Positions 25,101-39,237 of a stretch of DNA of 64,000 nucleotides are shown here, piece after piece. The stretch's first letter is position 1, and the number at the start of each line of letters is the position of its first letter. Made by a program: the position numbers and the translations under genes. The DNA is taken from the NCBI RefSeq assembly GCF_009914755.1, contig NC_060935.1; one strand, written 5' to 3'. Under the pieces are notes generated by a model. That model was not told the DNA's origin, did no database searches, and saw only the letters and a program-made list of their open reading frames with translations. This DNA comes from the human T2T-CHM13v2.0 reference genome, Homo sapiens.

Positions 25101-26110
25101 CAGCTGCAAAGATAATTTTTATGTTCATTATATTTACTGTGTTACTGGGAGAATTAGAAGCCTCTGAAGTACTTCTTAAAATATTTTATTACTCTATAAA
25201 AGACCCTGTCACTTTAAACTCCATTAGTTGAGCTCTTTGGATTAGTAATGACATTCCTAGGAGGAGGCCCTGGGAAGTTGGGTTTAGGAGTCTCAGTTTA
25301 GCCCTTCACAGGCAGTGATGTATGTTAGCCCATCCTCAGGGAGAAGGGTTTATATAAAAAAGTCAATGAAGTTATTGGGTAATAACAGAGTGGGGTTTGT
25401 TTTAATTCCTCTTTTCACGCCACTGTAATTCACATTCCCTACTTATGAGTTTCCAACCACTTTATTTTATTTTTTATTTTAAAACCCACAAAAGAACTCA
25501 GAGTTTACAGCAATTTTAAATATTGACAAAATATCATTTAAATCAGTAGTGGACCATTCCTTTTACTTCATGTCAACAAACCTATCATATGTTTAAAGCA
25601 TGGTAAGAGGTCAGGGGAATACCCAAGCACTATACATTTTCTTCATTCGAGGAGCTTAACTACTAGATGGGGAGCAAGAGTACTCATGGAATAGTCAAAT
25701 ATGACAACTTAATACTTTTGATTGAACATAAAAACTATTTTTTATATGAATTCTGTAGGAGCATTTTATAGATATGAATAACATTTACCATCAGTTGACT
25801 TTAAATAAAAGGTGGGCCTCATTTATCTTAGCCTCATACAATAAGTAATACAGTAATAGATATTACAGCTAGTAGTCAATTAAGTAGTCAGGGAAAGTCA
25901 CATGAAAGTCTTGACCTAGGAGATATGTGGACTGATTTTCTCCATTATATAAAATTGCTTTTCACTATGTACCCAGTTTACAGAACAGGCAGGATTGGTG
26001 TCTATAATACAGATTTCTACTCAAGGGAGTATACTCTTGGACAAACATAGCTTCATCATTATAGTGATTGCCTGTTGTCTCTATCACGGTACTTGGCATA
26101 CATTTGATAC

Positions 26111-26526
26111 TGTGACAGTCAGTCCCTATGTGTCAACTTGGTTAGGTTATAGTCTCTAGTCTTTCAATCAGACCCCAAAAGTGGCATTGTGAAGGCATGT
26201 TATAGATATGACTAATATTTGCAATCAGTGGGCTTTAAATAAAAAGTGGGCCTCATTTATATAAGTGAGCCTGATACAATAGGTTGGAAAGTCTTAGAAG
26301 CAGAACTGAGGTTTTCATGACAAAGATGAAATTTCACTTACCAGCTGCAGCTTCAGCTCCTGCCCAAGAATTTCTAGCTTAGCCTTCTTCATGGCCTTTC
26401 CTGTGTGTTTCAGACTTGCCTGGCTAGATCCCACAATCAAGAAAACAACTCCATGCAAGAAATCTCTCCTTCCCTCTCTCTCTCTCTAACACTAGTCCTG
26501 TTTTTGTAGTGAAAACGTGACTTATT
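26111..26526 (+). mobile_element. 5' LTR (MLT2D-like)
   Basis: TGTGACAGTCAGTCCCTATGTGTCAACTTGGTTAGGTTATAGT..., followed by a decayed PBS-like TGAGCACCAAAAGTGG. The 3' edge is approximate. Confidence 0.8.
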
Positions 26527-28071
26527 TGAGCACCAAAAGTGGATTTAGAATCTTGACAATGTGATTTCTGAATTGGTTTTGGGTTTCCTAGAATAGATTC
26601 TCTAATATGGTTACATTTAGTGGCACTAATGACTCTATTTCTAGTGGTAAAGAAGGCACTGGTAGTCCATGGCATGATGTGACAATAGAAATACACAAAA
26701 TATAACCATTGGATACTCTTAATGAAATAATTATAAAAGTCAAGGTTTTGACTTTTATAATTATTATACATAAATATACATATAATTATTATACTATACA
26801 TAGGTGACCATGTGTTTTATACCACAGAATATTTTCGTTAAACTTAGGACTGTTAAGATATTGCCTGGTTGCCCCTAAATGTGCTAGAGAAAGGCAGGAA
26901 AGAAAAGAATGAGATCAAGGTTTCAAATTTCCAATTCAAGCTCTACCTAAATAACCTGTAAGCATCTGTGTCTGACTTGAAAGCAACTTTTATTTCCTAT
27001 AGCTGCAGGGCTGAGATTTCTAAAAATAAAACCCAGAAAACTCAGAGTTTCATCTAGTGAGTGGTTAAATTATAACATAAATAGAATGACCAATCTTGTA
27101 TGGTGTCTGCTGTTAAAGTGAGTGAGGGCGTATATTGAGAAGGAATTGAATCCAGACCATGGGAATGGGGACAAATGAAAAGACCCTGATGAAGCTGAGG
27201 ATATCAAAACCCTAAATTCTGCTAAGTCTTTTGTGCAAGTAGAAGCAGGCCTCCCACCCCAGTCTGCAAAGGTTAACCCTGAAGAATCTTGCCTGAAGAA
27301 CATGTAATAGTCTCACTTGATGTAATTGGCTTAATAGCTACTGCTAATACTATTGCCACCTCTCTTTGCTTTTAGACCTAACACTAGACACAAGTCCCAG
27401 TAGTTTCCAAAGGGTAAGGTACCAAGTGTGATGCATGAAGAGGTGTGATACTCACCTAAAGAGTTTTATGAATTTCCAGTTTATACAGAGAAACCTGGGG
27501 AATATATGTAAGAGTAAATATTAAGGGTGTAGGATAATAATGAGAGGATATAAAGTTGGATCAAACTGAGTTTATTGATACAGGTCCAGTTAGAGATTCT
27601 TCATTCAATCTTATAGCTTGATGTGTGAGAAACGGCTCTAACAATTTATATGGTTGGATGAAATACAGTCCTAAAGACGGACTACACTATATGCCAGAAC
27701 TTCTTTGGCATACTGTAGAGGAAGTCATCCAAAGGCTTAGAGATATTGAAATTTTTGAGTAGATTTAATCACGTCAGATCTACTCACCCAACCTAAGAGG
27801 GTTCATAGGACACACTTTTCAACACAACTGTGAGAAGTAGTTTTGTGAGAGGAGTCTAAGCATCATTGAAGAACTCTTTGGTCACTTTTCTCAGTGGATC
27901 AGAAACTATAGTGAGAGCTGCTGCCATGGAACTGGCATATCTAAATGCAATGGAGTTAGTTGGGCCTTGGACATTGGTCCTGAACTAATGCTAAACCTAA
28001 GACACTCACAGTGTCACTGTGGTCCAACAGTCAAACCAATCAAGAGGAGAGGCTTATGGAGTATGTGTGAT

Positions 28072-28508
28072 TGTGTTAGGGTTCTCCAGAAAAACAGAAC
28101 CAATGTGGGTGGGGGAAGAGAGAGATGGTTAGATAGATATAGATTTATTTTTTTAAATTAGCACATGTGATTGGGGAGGCTGGTAAGTCCAAAATCTGCA
28201 GAGTAGGTCAGCGGCTTGAAGCTCAGGGAAAAGTTAGTATTGTAGTCAGAAGATAATCTGCAGTCAGAAGACAGTCTGCTGGCTGAATTCCCTTTTTTCA
28301 GAAGAGCTCAGTATTTTTTCACTTGAAGCCTTCAACTGATTGGATGAGGACTTCCCATATTATGCGGGATAATTTGCTTTAATCAAAGTCTACTGATTTA
28401 AATGTTAATTTTCTCTAAAAAAATGCATTCGTAGAAACATCTAAGTGTTTGGCCCAATATGTGGGTACCATGGCCTAGCCAAGGTGACACACTGAATTAA
28501 CTATCAAA
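28072..28508 (-). mobile_element. MLT2B/C-type solo LTR inserted in the ERVL protease region
   Basis: TGTGTTAGGGTTCTCCAGAAAAACAGAACCAAT ... GGCCTAGCCAAGGTGACACACTGAATTAACTATCAAA, with 5-bp TSD GTGAT (28067-71, 28509-13). Confidence 0.85.
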
Positions 28509-30200
28509 GTGATCAATGTAATTTTAGGTTCTGGTTCATCTCACAGGGGTCCAATGGGTTGCAGAATCCTTGTGTTTATTTCCCTGGTTCCAGAGTATGC
28601 AGTTGGAATAGACATAACCTGTCAACTGACAAAATCCACGCATTTGCTCCTTGACCTGTGGAGTGAGGCTTATTATGGAAGGAAAAGGCCAAGTGGAAGT
28701 CATTCCTGGAGCTAGTAAACTAGAAGCACTCCTACATTCCTGAAAGGACTGCAGTTAATGCCATCATCAAGGACTTGAAAGAGTCAGGGATAGTGATTCC
28801 CACAATATCTTCATGCAGCTTGCCTATTTAGCCTGTGAAAAAACAGATGGATCAGGGAGAATAACCATGGATTATCACAAGTTTAACCATATTATGACTC
28901 CACTTGCAGTTGCTCTTTTAGATGCAATTTTGTTGCTTGAGCAAATTGACACACCCTTTGGTATCTAGTACGCAGCTATTGATCTGGCAAATTCTTTTTT
29001 CTCTTTACCTGTTTGTAAAAATCACTAAAAGCAGTTTACTTTCAGCAAGGCCAACAATACACATTGATTCTCCTACCTCTGGGGTATATCATGTTTCCAT
29101 TCCATAAAACATTGCACTGGTCTATTATGTTGACGATATTATGTTGATTGGGTACAGTGAGAAAGAAATAGCAACTGCTGTATACATATTGGTAATAATT
29201 TTGTGTGACAGAGGGTGGAAAATAAATCCAGCAAAAATTTAGGTGCCTTCTACTTCAGTGAAATTTCTAGGGGTACAGAGGTGTTGAACATGTAAAGATA
29301 TCCCTTCTAAGATGAAGGATGAGTTGCTACATCTTGGTCTTCCTAAAACCCCAACATGGGCACCGTGCTTAGTGGGCCCCTTTAGATTTTGGAGGCAAAA
29401 TATTCTGCGTTTGGGTGTGCTATCCAGCCCTTTTACTGAGTAACCCAAGACACTTTTGGTTTTGAGTGGGGCTCAGAATAAGAGAAAACACTGCAATAAG
29501 TTTAGGCTTTCCTGCAAGCTGTTTTTCCACTTGGTCTGTATAAGCCAGCAAATCCGATGTTGCTCCAAGTGTCAGTGGTAGATAAGATTCTGTTTATAGC
29601 CTTTTACAGCCCTCATTATGTGAATTACAACACAGAGCCTTAGCATTTTGGAGCAGAGCACTTTCATCTACTGTGGATAATTACTCTCTCTGAGAAACTG
29701 CTGTGGCTTGAAGCTTCAGCTTAGAAGAGGCTAAATGCTTAACTGGACCAGCAAGTTACCAGAAACTTGAACTGCCCATCATGAACTTGGGGGTTATCTG
29801 ACCCATCAAGCCATAAAGCTTCAGGAACGCCCAGTATAGGGATATATTATCAAATAGTAGTAGTATATATGAGCTTAGATTTGAACAAGCCCTGAAGGCA
29901 TAAATAAGCTTAATGAGGAAATTGTATAAATGCCATGGCCCCTACTCCACCATATTACCTACTGTCTCCCAGCCCATACCTATGGCCTTATGAGAAGTTC
30001 TCTGCAATCAGTTGATTGGGGAAGATAAAACTCGGGCCTACTTTACAAATGGTCTTGCAAGATATGCAGGAACCACTTGAAAATGGAATACAGCTGCAGA
30101 ACTGAGACGTCTCTGAAAGGGAGTAGTTTAAAAAATCCAACCAATGGGCAACACTTTTAGCAGTGCACCTGGTTGTCCATTTTGTTTAAAAAGAGAAATG

Positions 30201-30562
<362 letters not shown>

Positions 30563-31945
30563 TCAAAGGTTTGGCTTGGAGGAAATACAATTGGAAAATT
30601 GATGATAAGGAAGTCTGAGTATGGGAGGTAAAGTATGTGGATAGATCTCTCTGCATGGGTAAAGAACATGAAGTTATTTTTGCCCCATGTCAATGTTCAC
30701 CAAAAAGTTATTTCAGCAGAGAGGGATGTTAATAATTAAGTGATTAGGAGAACTCATTCTGTGGACACCAGTGAGCCTGTTTCCCTAGCCAGTCCTGTCA
30801 TGCCCAATGTGCTCATGAACAAAAAGTACCTGTGGTGGCAGGGATGGAGGCTATGCATGAAATACAATGTGGATTTCCGCTTACCAAGGCCAATCTTTCC
30901 ACTGCTGAGTGCCCTTTCTGCCAATAGTAGAGACCAACACTGATTCCCCAATATGGTATAATTGCTGGGTGTGATAGAGAGTTATTTTGTGGAAGGTTGA
31001 TTGCATGCAACCACTTCCACCATGGAAGGTGCAGTGCTTTGTTCTACTTGGTATATTAATTACTTTGGATATGTATTTGCGTTTGCTGTACAAAATGCTT
31101 CTGCCAAAATGACCATCTGTGGACTTAAAGAATAATGTATCCGCTGTCATGGTATTCTTCATAGCGTTCTTCTGATCAAGGAAATCATTTGACACCAAAT
31201 GCAATGTAGCAGTAGGCCTAGCTCATGGAATTCACTGATCTCACCATATGGTCCATCATTCAGAAGCAGCTGTCTGGATAGAATGGTGGAATGGGCATTT
31301 GAAGACTCAATTATAGCACTAGCCAGGCAGCAGTACCTTGCAGGGCTGGGACAATGTCCTCCAAAAGGCTCTATCTTCTCTAAGTAAGCATTCAGTATAT
31401 GGTGCTGTTTTATCTTCATAGCCAGGATTCAGAGGTCCAGGAATCAACAGGTGGATGTGGGAGTGATACTGCCCACTATTACCACTAGTGAGGCTTTAGA
31501 AATATTTTGCTTCTCATCCCCAAGACATTCTTCTCTTCTTATATAGAGAGAGGTCTTACTTCCAAAAGGAGAAGTGCTTCTACCAGAAATAATTATTTCC
31601 AACTGAAATTTAAGGGTGTCATCTGGTCACTTTAGGCTCCTCATTCCTCTGAATCAACAGGTAAAGTAGAGAGTTATTGTACTGGCTGAGTGATTACAAT
31701 CCAGTTTACTCTTGGCTTAGCCAGGGTAGTCCCTTGATTATCAAGGGATTGTCACTATGTAATAGAGGTCAGGAAGATTATGTGGACTACAAGAGATCAT
31801 TCAGGGTATATCTTAGTACTGTCATGCCATATGATGATTAAAGTCTGTAGAAAACTACAACTTAATTTAGACAAGAGTGTTAATGGGATAGTCCTTTCAG
31901 GAATGACGGTTTGGTTAACTAGTTGGGCAAAGAACCATGACCGTC

Positions 31946-32321
31946 TGTGTGTCTGTGGGGTTGTCATAACAAAATACTACAAGCTTGGTGGCTTAAACAA
32001 CAGAAATTTATTTTCTCACACTTCTGGTGGCTGGAAGTTCAAGGTCAAGGTGTTAGCAGGTTTGGTTTCTCCGGAGACCTCTCTCCCTCCTTGCAGATAG
32101 CTGTCCTCTTGCTGTGTTCTTATGTAGCCCTTCCTCTGTCCATATGCATTCCTGATATATCTTCCTCTTCTTATAAGGACACTAGACTTATTAGATTAGG
32201 GTCTCATCTTCCTAATCTAATTTAACTTTACCCCATTAAAGACTTTCTTTTCAAATACAGTCACATTGGAGGTTAGGGCTTCAATATGTTAATTTGGTGG
32301 GACACAATTCAGTCTATAATA
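31946..32321 (-). mobile_element. MLT1A/A0 MaLR solo LTR inserted in the ERVL 3' region
   Basis: CATAACAAAATACTACAAGCTTGGTGGCTTAAACAACAGAAATTTATTTTCTCACA ... GGGACACAATTCAGTCTATAATA. Confidence 0.85.
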
Positions 32322-32761
32322 CCAACTAAAGTGCTTTTTGAGGGTAAAGGCAATATAAAATGGCAATGCAAGAAGGTAGTTATAAATACCAGCTATAACC
32401 CCATGGCCAGTTGCAGAATGAGGATTGAAATCCTCAAGCATATTTCTCTTATTTTGATGTGAGTATGTTTGTATGTGTTTATCAATTTTTTTCTTCCCTC
32501 TCTTATTTCCTTATTAACTAACACAAGATGTATTAATCATAATTAACTTTATATCACTATTTAAGTTACAGGGTATCAAGTAAAAGACTTAACATCACCC
32601 AAATATTTGAATTATCTTCTAGGGAAAGGATTAATGCATTTTTAGTGGTATGCAGGATAGGTACCATGTTAGGTGGAAGTATGACCTGGCTATTGTCTTC
32701 ATTTGAAAATTAAATATGGATTGAGGAGTTGTGTATAAGTACCAAGATGACAAGAGTAAAC

Positions 32762-33206
32762 TGTGATTATCAGTTTTGTATATCAGCTTGGCTAGGCTAT
32801 AGTCTCCAGTTATTCTGTCAAACACTAGGTGTTACTATGAAGGAATTTTGTAGATATGATTGATATTTACAATCAGTTGACTTTGAGGGCATTATTGTCA
32901 TTAATCTGGATGGGTCTAATTCAATCAGTAGATAGGCTTTAAGAGAAGGACTGAGATTTTCATAAGGAAGAAGAAATTCTGACTGTGGATTGCAGTTTCA
33001 GATCCTCCCCGAGCTTCCAACCTGTCCTTTTGATGGCCTGCCTGCATATTTTAGACTTGCTTAGCTAGTCTCCAAATCACATAAGCCAATTCCTTGTAAT
33101 TAATGTATATTTTTATATATATAAATGAACATATATGTATGTATATTCTAATATCTCCAATTACTATTAATAATTCTATTTCTATGGTAGAACCCTGACT
33201 GATACA
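32762..33206 (+). mobile_element. 3' LTR (MLT2D-like)
   Basis: TGTGATTATCAGTTTTGTATATCAGCTTGGCTAGGCTATAGT ... GAACCCTGACTGATACA, preceded by a decayed PPT GACAAGAGTAAAC. Confidence 0.85.
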
Positions 33207-34877
33207 GATACTTTCCAAATATTCAATGAATGGATGTTTACATAGATGAAGGAATGAGTTAAAACATAAATCCATAAATAATTGTTTATATTATTATTCG
33301 TTGATGGCTATGACTATATCTATATAAAAGGGAAAGCTAAAAGGTTTTTAAAATCGATTAGCGAAAGGAGGGGCAAAGAAGCTTAATGCAGTAATATGTA
33401 AATTCAGCAGAAAATGACTAAAGAATGGTTTAGTAGAGAGCTTGCACAGACTCAAACATCTTACAGAGGAAGCTCTTAGGTTAGTGAATTAGCTTCCTCA
33501 TTTATAATCCAGAATTAAACATTCTCATAATTTTCAATTTAGGAGTTAGGGAAGGAGTATGCCTTTATTTAGTTGGTGAGGAAGGTAAGAATACAGTCCT
33601 GATTCTGTCATGCAGAGAAACACTTGTCATTAAATTAAATTGTCTACCTTATGGTCCTGATTCCTTGGTTTGTTTTCTCTCAGGGAGACTAATCACAGAT
33701 TTATCCGGTACCAGATTCTACCCACACTAAAATGTATCCAAGTCTAGAATATTAACTGACATGTTAGATTTTTGAAAATAAAAACATTTTTTACATGTTT
33801 ACCTATACAAATAAGAAAAATAATTATGATTTTGTTTTAAATCTACCAGATATCTAGTAAGACCTCTTCTATGCTACTTTGCATTATCTTAACTTCATGA
33901 TAATGACTATGTTTGGTTTTCCCAGGTATGTACATGCCCAAACTTCCGCTCTCCCTAATAGACACCATAAATCATAATTTTGTACTTCACAAGATACAAA
34001 ATAGATTATGATCTTGTGCTTTATTTCACATTACGATATATGTATTTCAAAAAATAACACTCAAATCCCTTTTGCTAATATTACTCCTGTGAAAAGAAAC
34101 CACTTAGTTTAATAAAAAAATATTATTTTGCCATGGTTCAGTGTGTCTGAATGACTTACAGTCAGTTTTTTCTCTAGTCAGGATACAATATTCATTGAAT
34201 ATTAGACCTATATGTTTCATCACTCAGTGTATGTATTTTGTTTTTTAAAAAAGAAAAACTTCTGTCTTTACTAGTTATACATAGAATTCAACAGTTTTTT
34301 ATTTTGAACAGGTTTAGGTCTATAAAGCTCCAGTCCTATTTTACTGAACATCTTAAGTCTTTTTTCTATACTGAATATATTTAAGATAAGAGAGTATTTG
34401 AAGAATTCACAGAATATTCTGTATTTGGCATATTTTGCAATTCTGAAATATAAAAGATAAATAGGAAATTTGGTAGCATGTTTTGGTCTTAAAAACTCCT
34501 TGAATGTAGTGTTACGAAGGAAGCTAGAAAAACACACCCAATTCCAGGGAAACCATTGACTGTCATGATTCAGCACTATAAGCCATCATCATTGATATAG
34601 TTTAATATTGGTAGTTTAAACATAATCCTAAATGACATTTCATAGATTGCTTTTTATAAAAGAGTTTGCTGCCGTTGTTAGGAGAAAAAGTAAGCAGAAA
34701 TGCTTTTCTAGAAGGAAAAAACATAATCTTGGGGAAAATAAGTAGCTTTTCTCTGAATTTAGCTTAATAGTTTCTGCGTTAAAGAATCCATGTCTCTTCC
34801 ACATTATTTATCCACAAGCAAGTCTTTGGAAGAACCAGGTTAATTCTAAAAGATAAAATAGGAAACTTTAAGGGTGT

Positions 34878-35688
<811 letters not shown>

Positions 35689-37289
35689 AGGTCGTTTCCA
35701 TAAAGTTTGCTCACAAATTCTGGGGTTTAAACCATCACTCAGATATATTATTTATGGGCTTCAGCCAATAAAACCATCCAACAGTTTCAGAAAACAAATG
35801 ACTACACGCCAAGTTCTATTCAGGAACAGTGAAAACTGTACAAAGTAGTGCTTATTCCTCCAAATGACAGTCATAGTTTGGGTATCACTGACAATCAACT
35901 AATGTTGACCTGTATTATTATTATCATTATTCCTCCCTCCCTCACCCCTTCTTTCCTTTCTTCCTCTTTCCTTTCTTCCCTCCCTCCTTTCAAACTTGCT
36001 CAAATGCTCACTTTATCGCTCTCTTTCTGTTTTTCTTTTCTCTTTTCTCCTCAATTGTTTGCTGTAATGCTAATGTGTTGGGGGCTGTTGGCTATTGTAT
36101 GACTTACATTTCAAGTCATTGTCAGCATTAACATCTTTGATGCCTTCAATCATCTATTTGAACTTTGAACGAATGGGACATAGAGTATGATAGGTATGCA
36201 CATAGGGAGTAAAGACGTAGAGCAACAGGAATTTCAGTAGGAACTGGAGACTTAATGGGATATGAAAGTAAGATGAACTGAATATCAAGTCAAGTTATTA
36301 AGACAATGGGATAGATTTAAAAAATAAAACAAGATAAAAAATGTCATATGTTTACTGCTGTGTTTAGGGGTAGCAATAACTTTGTGGGATATTTTTATCT
36401 GGTTCTTTACCATATACTCAGTGTCTAGAATCATCCCTGTCATCTACAATATGATATAATACATATCATATATACTATTTATATCATAAATATTTATATC
36501 TGATATATGATATATATCATTTATATCATATATAATATTTGTAACATTTATTGAAAGAAGGAAAGTTATGTTAAATAAACTTGATGTTTATATAGCCTCT
36601 GAACTTTTGATTCTAACTTTTAGGGAGGGAAATACACAGATTTTGGAGGTAGAGAGATTTAGCACAATTGTTTAATTAATTTAATATTTACCAGACACAT
36701 TTAAGATAAAGGGACATAAGATAATAATAGTACATGGATTTAAATTTGTATACGTGTATTTAGAAAGGATTTTAACATTGCCTGGTCCCATAGGATACTA
36801 AATTATTTTACAACAGGTTAATTTTGGGTATTTGTTGGCTAGTACAACCTAAAGGGGACACTTAAGTGGAATGAAAGTTACTAAAGATGGGCTTTTGGTT
36901 TGTAATTTGTTTTTGTTTCTGAAAAAAAAAAAAACTTTTGAATTTAATAAAGAAATGCCAATAATTGGTACATACATTAATTCAAAATATTTTCACTAAG
37001 TACCATGTAGAATATTTCCCAATCTTTTCACAGAGAACCACGTTGAAAGAATGCCTAAAACTTATCAGTTTATCAAAAAATCTAAAGCTGTCAATCAGAG
37101 TTCCTAATTACTATGAGATGACAAGTTTTAAAATCTTGAGGTCAAATAGTATGAGCTTTCAAAAGCTTTGTTGAATGTATATATTCCAACTGAGGGGATT
37201 TCTTGGCCTCAGACTGGTAGTCACAAGTCCATGTGCCAGATACCATACACATGCAATCAAAACTGAGTAATAAGTATCATGCGTAAAAG

Positions 37290-37600
37290 ATAATATATGG
37301 TCCCTGTATATTTAAGGAGAATAATGTCTAATTCCCATGGTTGTAAAGTTAGTGAGGGGCAGAGAGACAGATCCAAATTACTAACCACAAGGAAGAACCA
37401 AGCAATAGAAGAGATAAAAGTCCTGTGCCCTGGGGGCGCAGCAGAAAGGGCTCTGGGAGGTTTCAGAGACCAGGCGGCATCCAGGTCTGACCAAGAACAT
37501 GAGTGGACATTAATGCGTGTGGGAAGGGGTTCTCGAAGCTGAAGAAAACAAACGAGAGAAGACATGGAGGCCCTGGAGTACTAGCTGTTCAGAAGACAGT
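37290..37600 (-). mobile_element. L2-like fragment (possibly carried in as part of the MED28 3' UTR)
   Basis: GGTCCCTG...GGGGCAGAGAGACAG...GAAGACATGGAGG resembles antisense L2 and retains several CpGs. Confidence 0.4.
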
Positions 37601-38024
37601 AAAGCATTTATTATGGGTAAAGGGATGTGATCTGATAAGAAACATAAAACTCAGGAAAACCCGACCCAACAAGAGCCAAACACAATGCCGGTCTGTATTT
37701 CTTAACAGCAGTTCAACAGAGAATCCGAAGTGACCTGCAAAACTAACAAGACAGCAAAATATCTTCCGAAAGGCAGAGGCACCACATGCCCCTGGTGGAG
37801 GTCCCTTAGAATCAAATCCACTAGCAATAATTTTCCTTAATGAAAAATGTTTTCCCTCCCCAAATGTAAAACAAAAGCAATGTGAGTGAACAAAACTCCA
37901 AACAAAAAGAGACCATCAGAGCAAGCTTTAGCCCCTCATAGCTCACCTATGCCCCAACTGTCAGGCTACTGGGGACAAGTTCTGCTCCATTAGTTAAAAT
38001 GACTCATGACTGCAGAAAGTAACA

Positions 38025-39237
38025 AAATTTAGCATATCACTGCTTTTATTACATCCCACCCCATCAAAAGTAAATAAACACCACACAAAATATAATTTTA
38101 CCCCAAATAAAAGTCAGCATCAACCTAAATATCCTACTGTAATATCGCTACACTCACCCAGGATATTTTAATCCTCTTCCAACCTGTTTACAAAAAGAAA
38201 TCCTCATTCTGAGAGCTCTGGAAGCATTGCAAATATTGCTCCATTAGATTCCACTTCTTGAGGAAGTTAGGTCTTGAAACAGAAAATTTATGTATTTTTC
38301 TCCACTACCACTGAAGGTCATTATTATAAAAGGCCTGCAACCAAAAACCTCATCCCCTGATTCTCAGGCTATTTTAATTTTTTTTCTTCAGATCAAACAA
38401 GCAATGAGAGACACACATAAAAAGATGAAAAGTTATCCAAAAACTTAAAAAAACAAGCAACAATAAAACCCATAAAGTAGAATCTGTGTCATCACATTAA
38501 CAGTCTAAACTTTGTTAAAGACAAAAAAATATTTTTTTTACTTGATTTACCCAAGCTATAGGCATTTTATAATGTGCTCATGAAATTAACAGTTTATAAA
38601 AATAATGGAAACATTTTTAGGTGGAGGCATTAAACTAAAATCACCTCATTCTCTGGCAAAGAGTTCTTCCAAAATGTTAAGATCACAAGGGATGTGTGGC
38701 AAATCGCCTGCATAGGGCTGCATCACACACTAACCCACATTCAGGCTGCCAGCCTTTGCCCTTCTGCTCAAGTCAGCTTCAGAGGTTCAGGGATATTGGC
38801 AGACACCTGCTCAAGGTAGGCCAAGGAGCCTGAGGGATGTCGGCTGGCTTTTGTACTACACCTTAATATCCTGCAGCATCTGCTGCCAATGCCTCAGTTT
38901 TGTCAATTACTTCTGGACCAGCACATCTTTTCCTGTAATTCATTCCTTGGTTCTGAGACATCCTCTTTTTGATAACTTGCTCTGGTTTCTGGACAGTTAA
39001 TTGCAATATTTTTTCTGTATGAAAATATATTGTTTGTTTACAATATCCGGAAGCTTCTGAATACTCTGATCAATACCCGTTTGAATTCTTCCTGATTGGT
39101 GCCATTGACATAGTCCTAACTCACCAGAGAAGCAAAGCAAGCACCAAAAGATGAGGCGGGGCGCCCCAGCAGGGGTGGTGTGGCCCCAGTGGCTGCCCAG
39201 AGAACATACCGCCTAGTGGAGCAGCTATGTCTGGAAT
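38025..39237 (-). pseudogene. MED28P: Processed pseudogene of Mediator complex subunit 28 (MED28); CDS remnant 39228-38768; 3' UTR boundary uncertain and may extend to ~36890
   Basis: Minus-strand translation across frameshifts gives AAPLGGMFSGQP, ACFASLVS*DYVNGTNQEE, VQKPEQVIK, LTKLRHWQQML.DI, PADIPQ and SLAYLEQVSANIPEPLKLT*, which I recognise as MED28. It is intronless. The start ATG is mutated to ATA (39228-26), there is a premature TAG (39118-16) and several frameshifts. Antisense AATAAA at about 38045-50. The numbered pseudogene cannot be determined. Confidence 0.92.

Noticed and set aside
36445-36540. Self-complementary ATATC/GATAT-rich tract
   Set aside because: Low-complexity AT expansion inside an L2-like tail, so the pairing is a by-product of composition.
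39150-39225. GC-rich patch as a possible CpG-island promoter
   Set aside because: Under 100 bp and fully explained as the 5' end of the MED28 retrocopy.
38768-39228. Functional MED28 retrogene, or assignment to a numbered pseudogene or chromosome
   Set aside because: The start codon is lost and there are premature stops and several frameshifts. The locus cannot be identified without a genome search.
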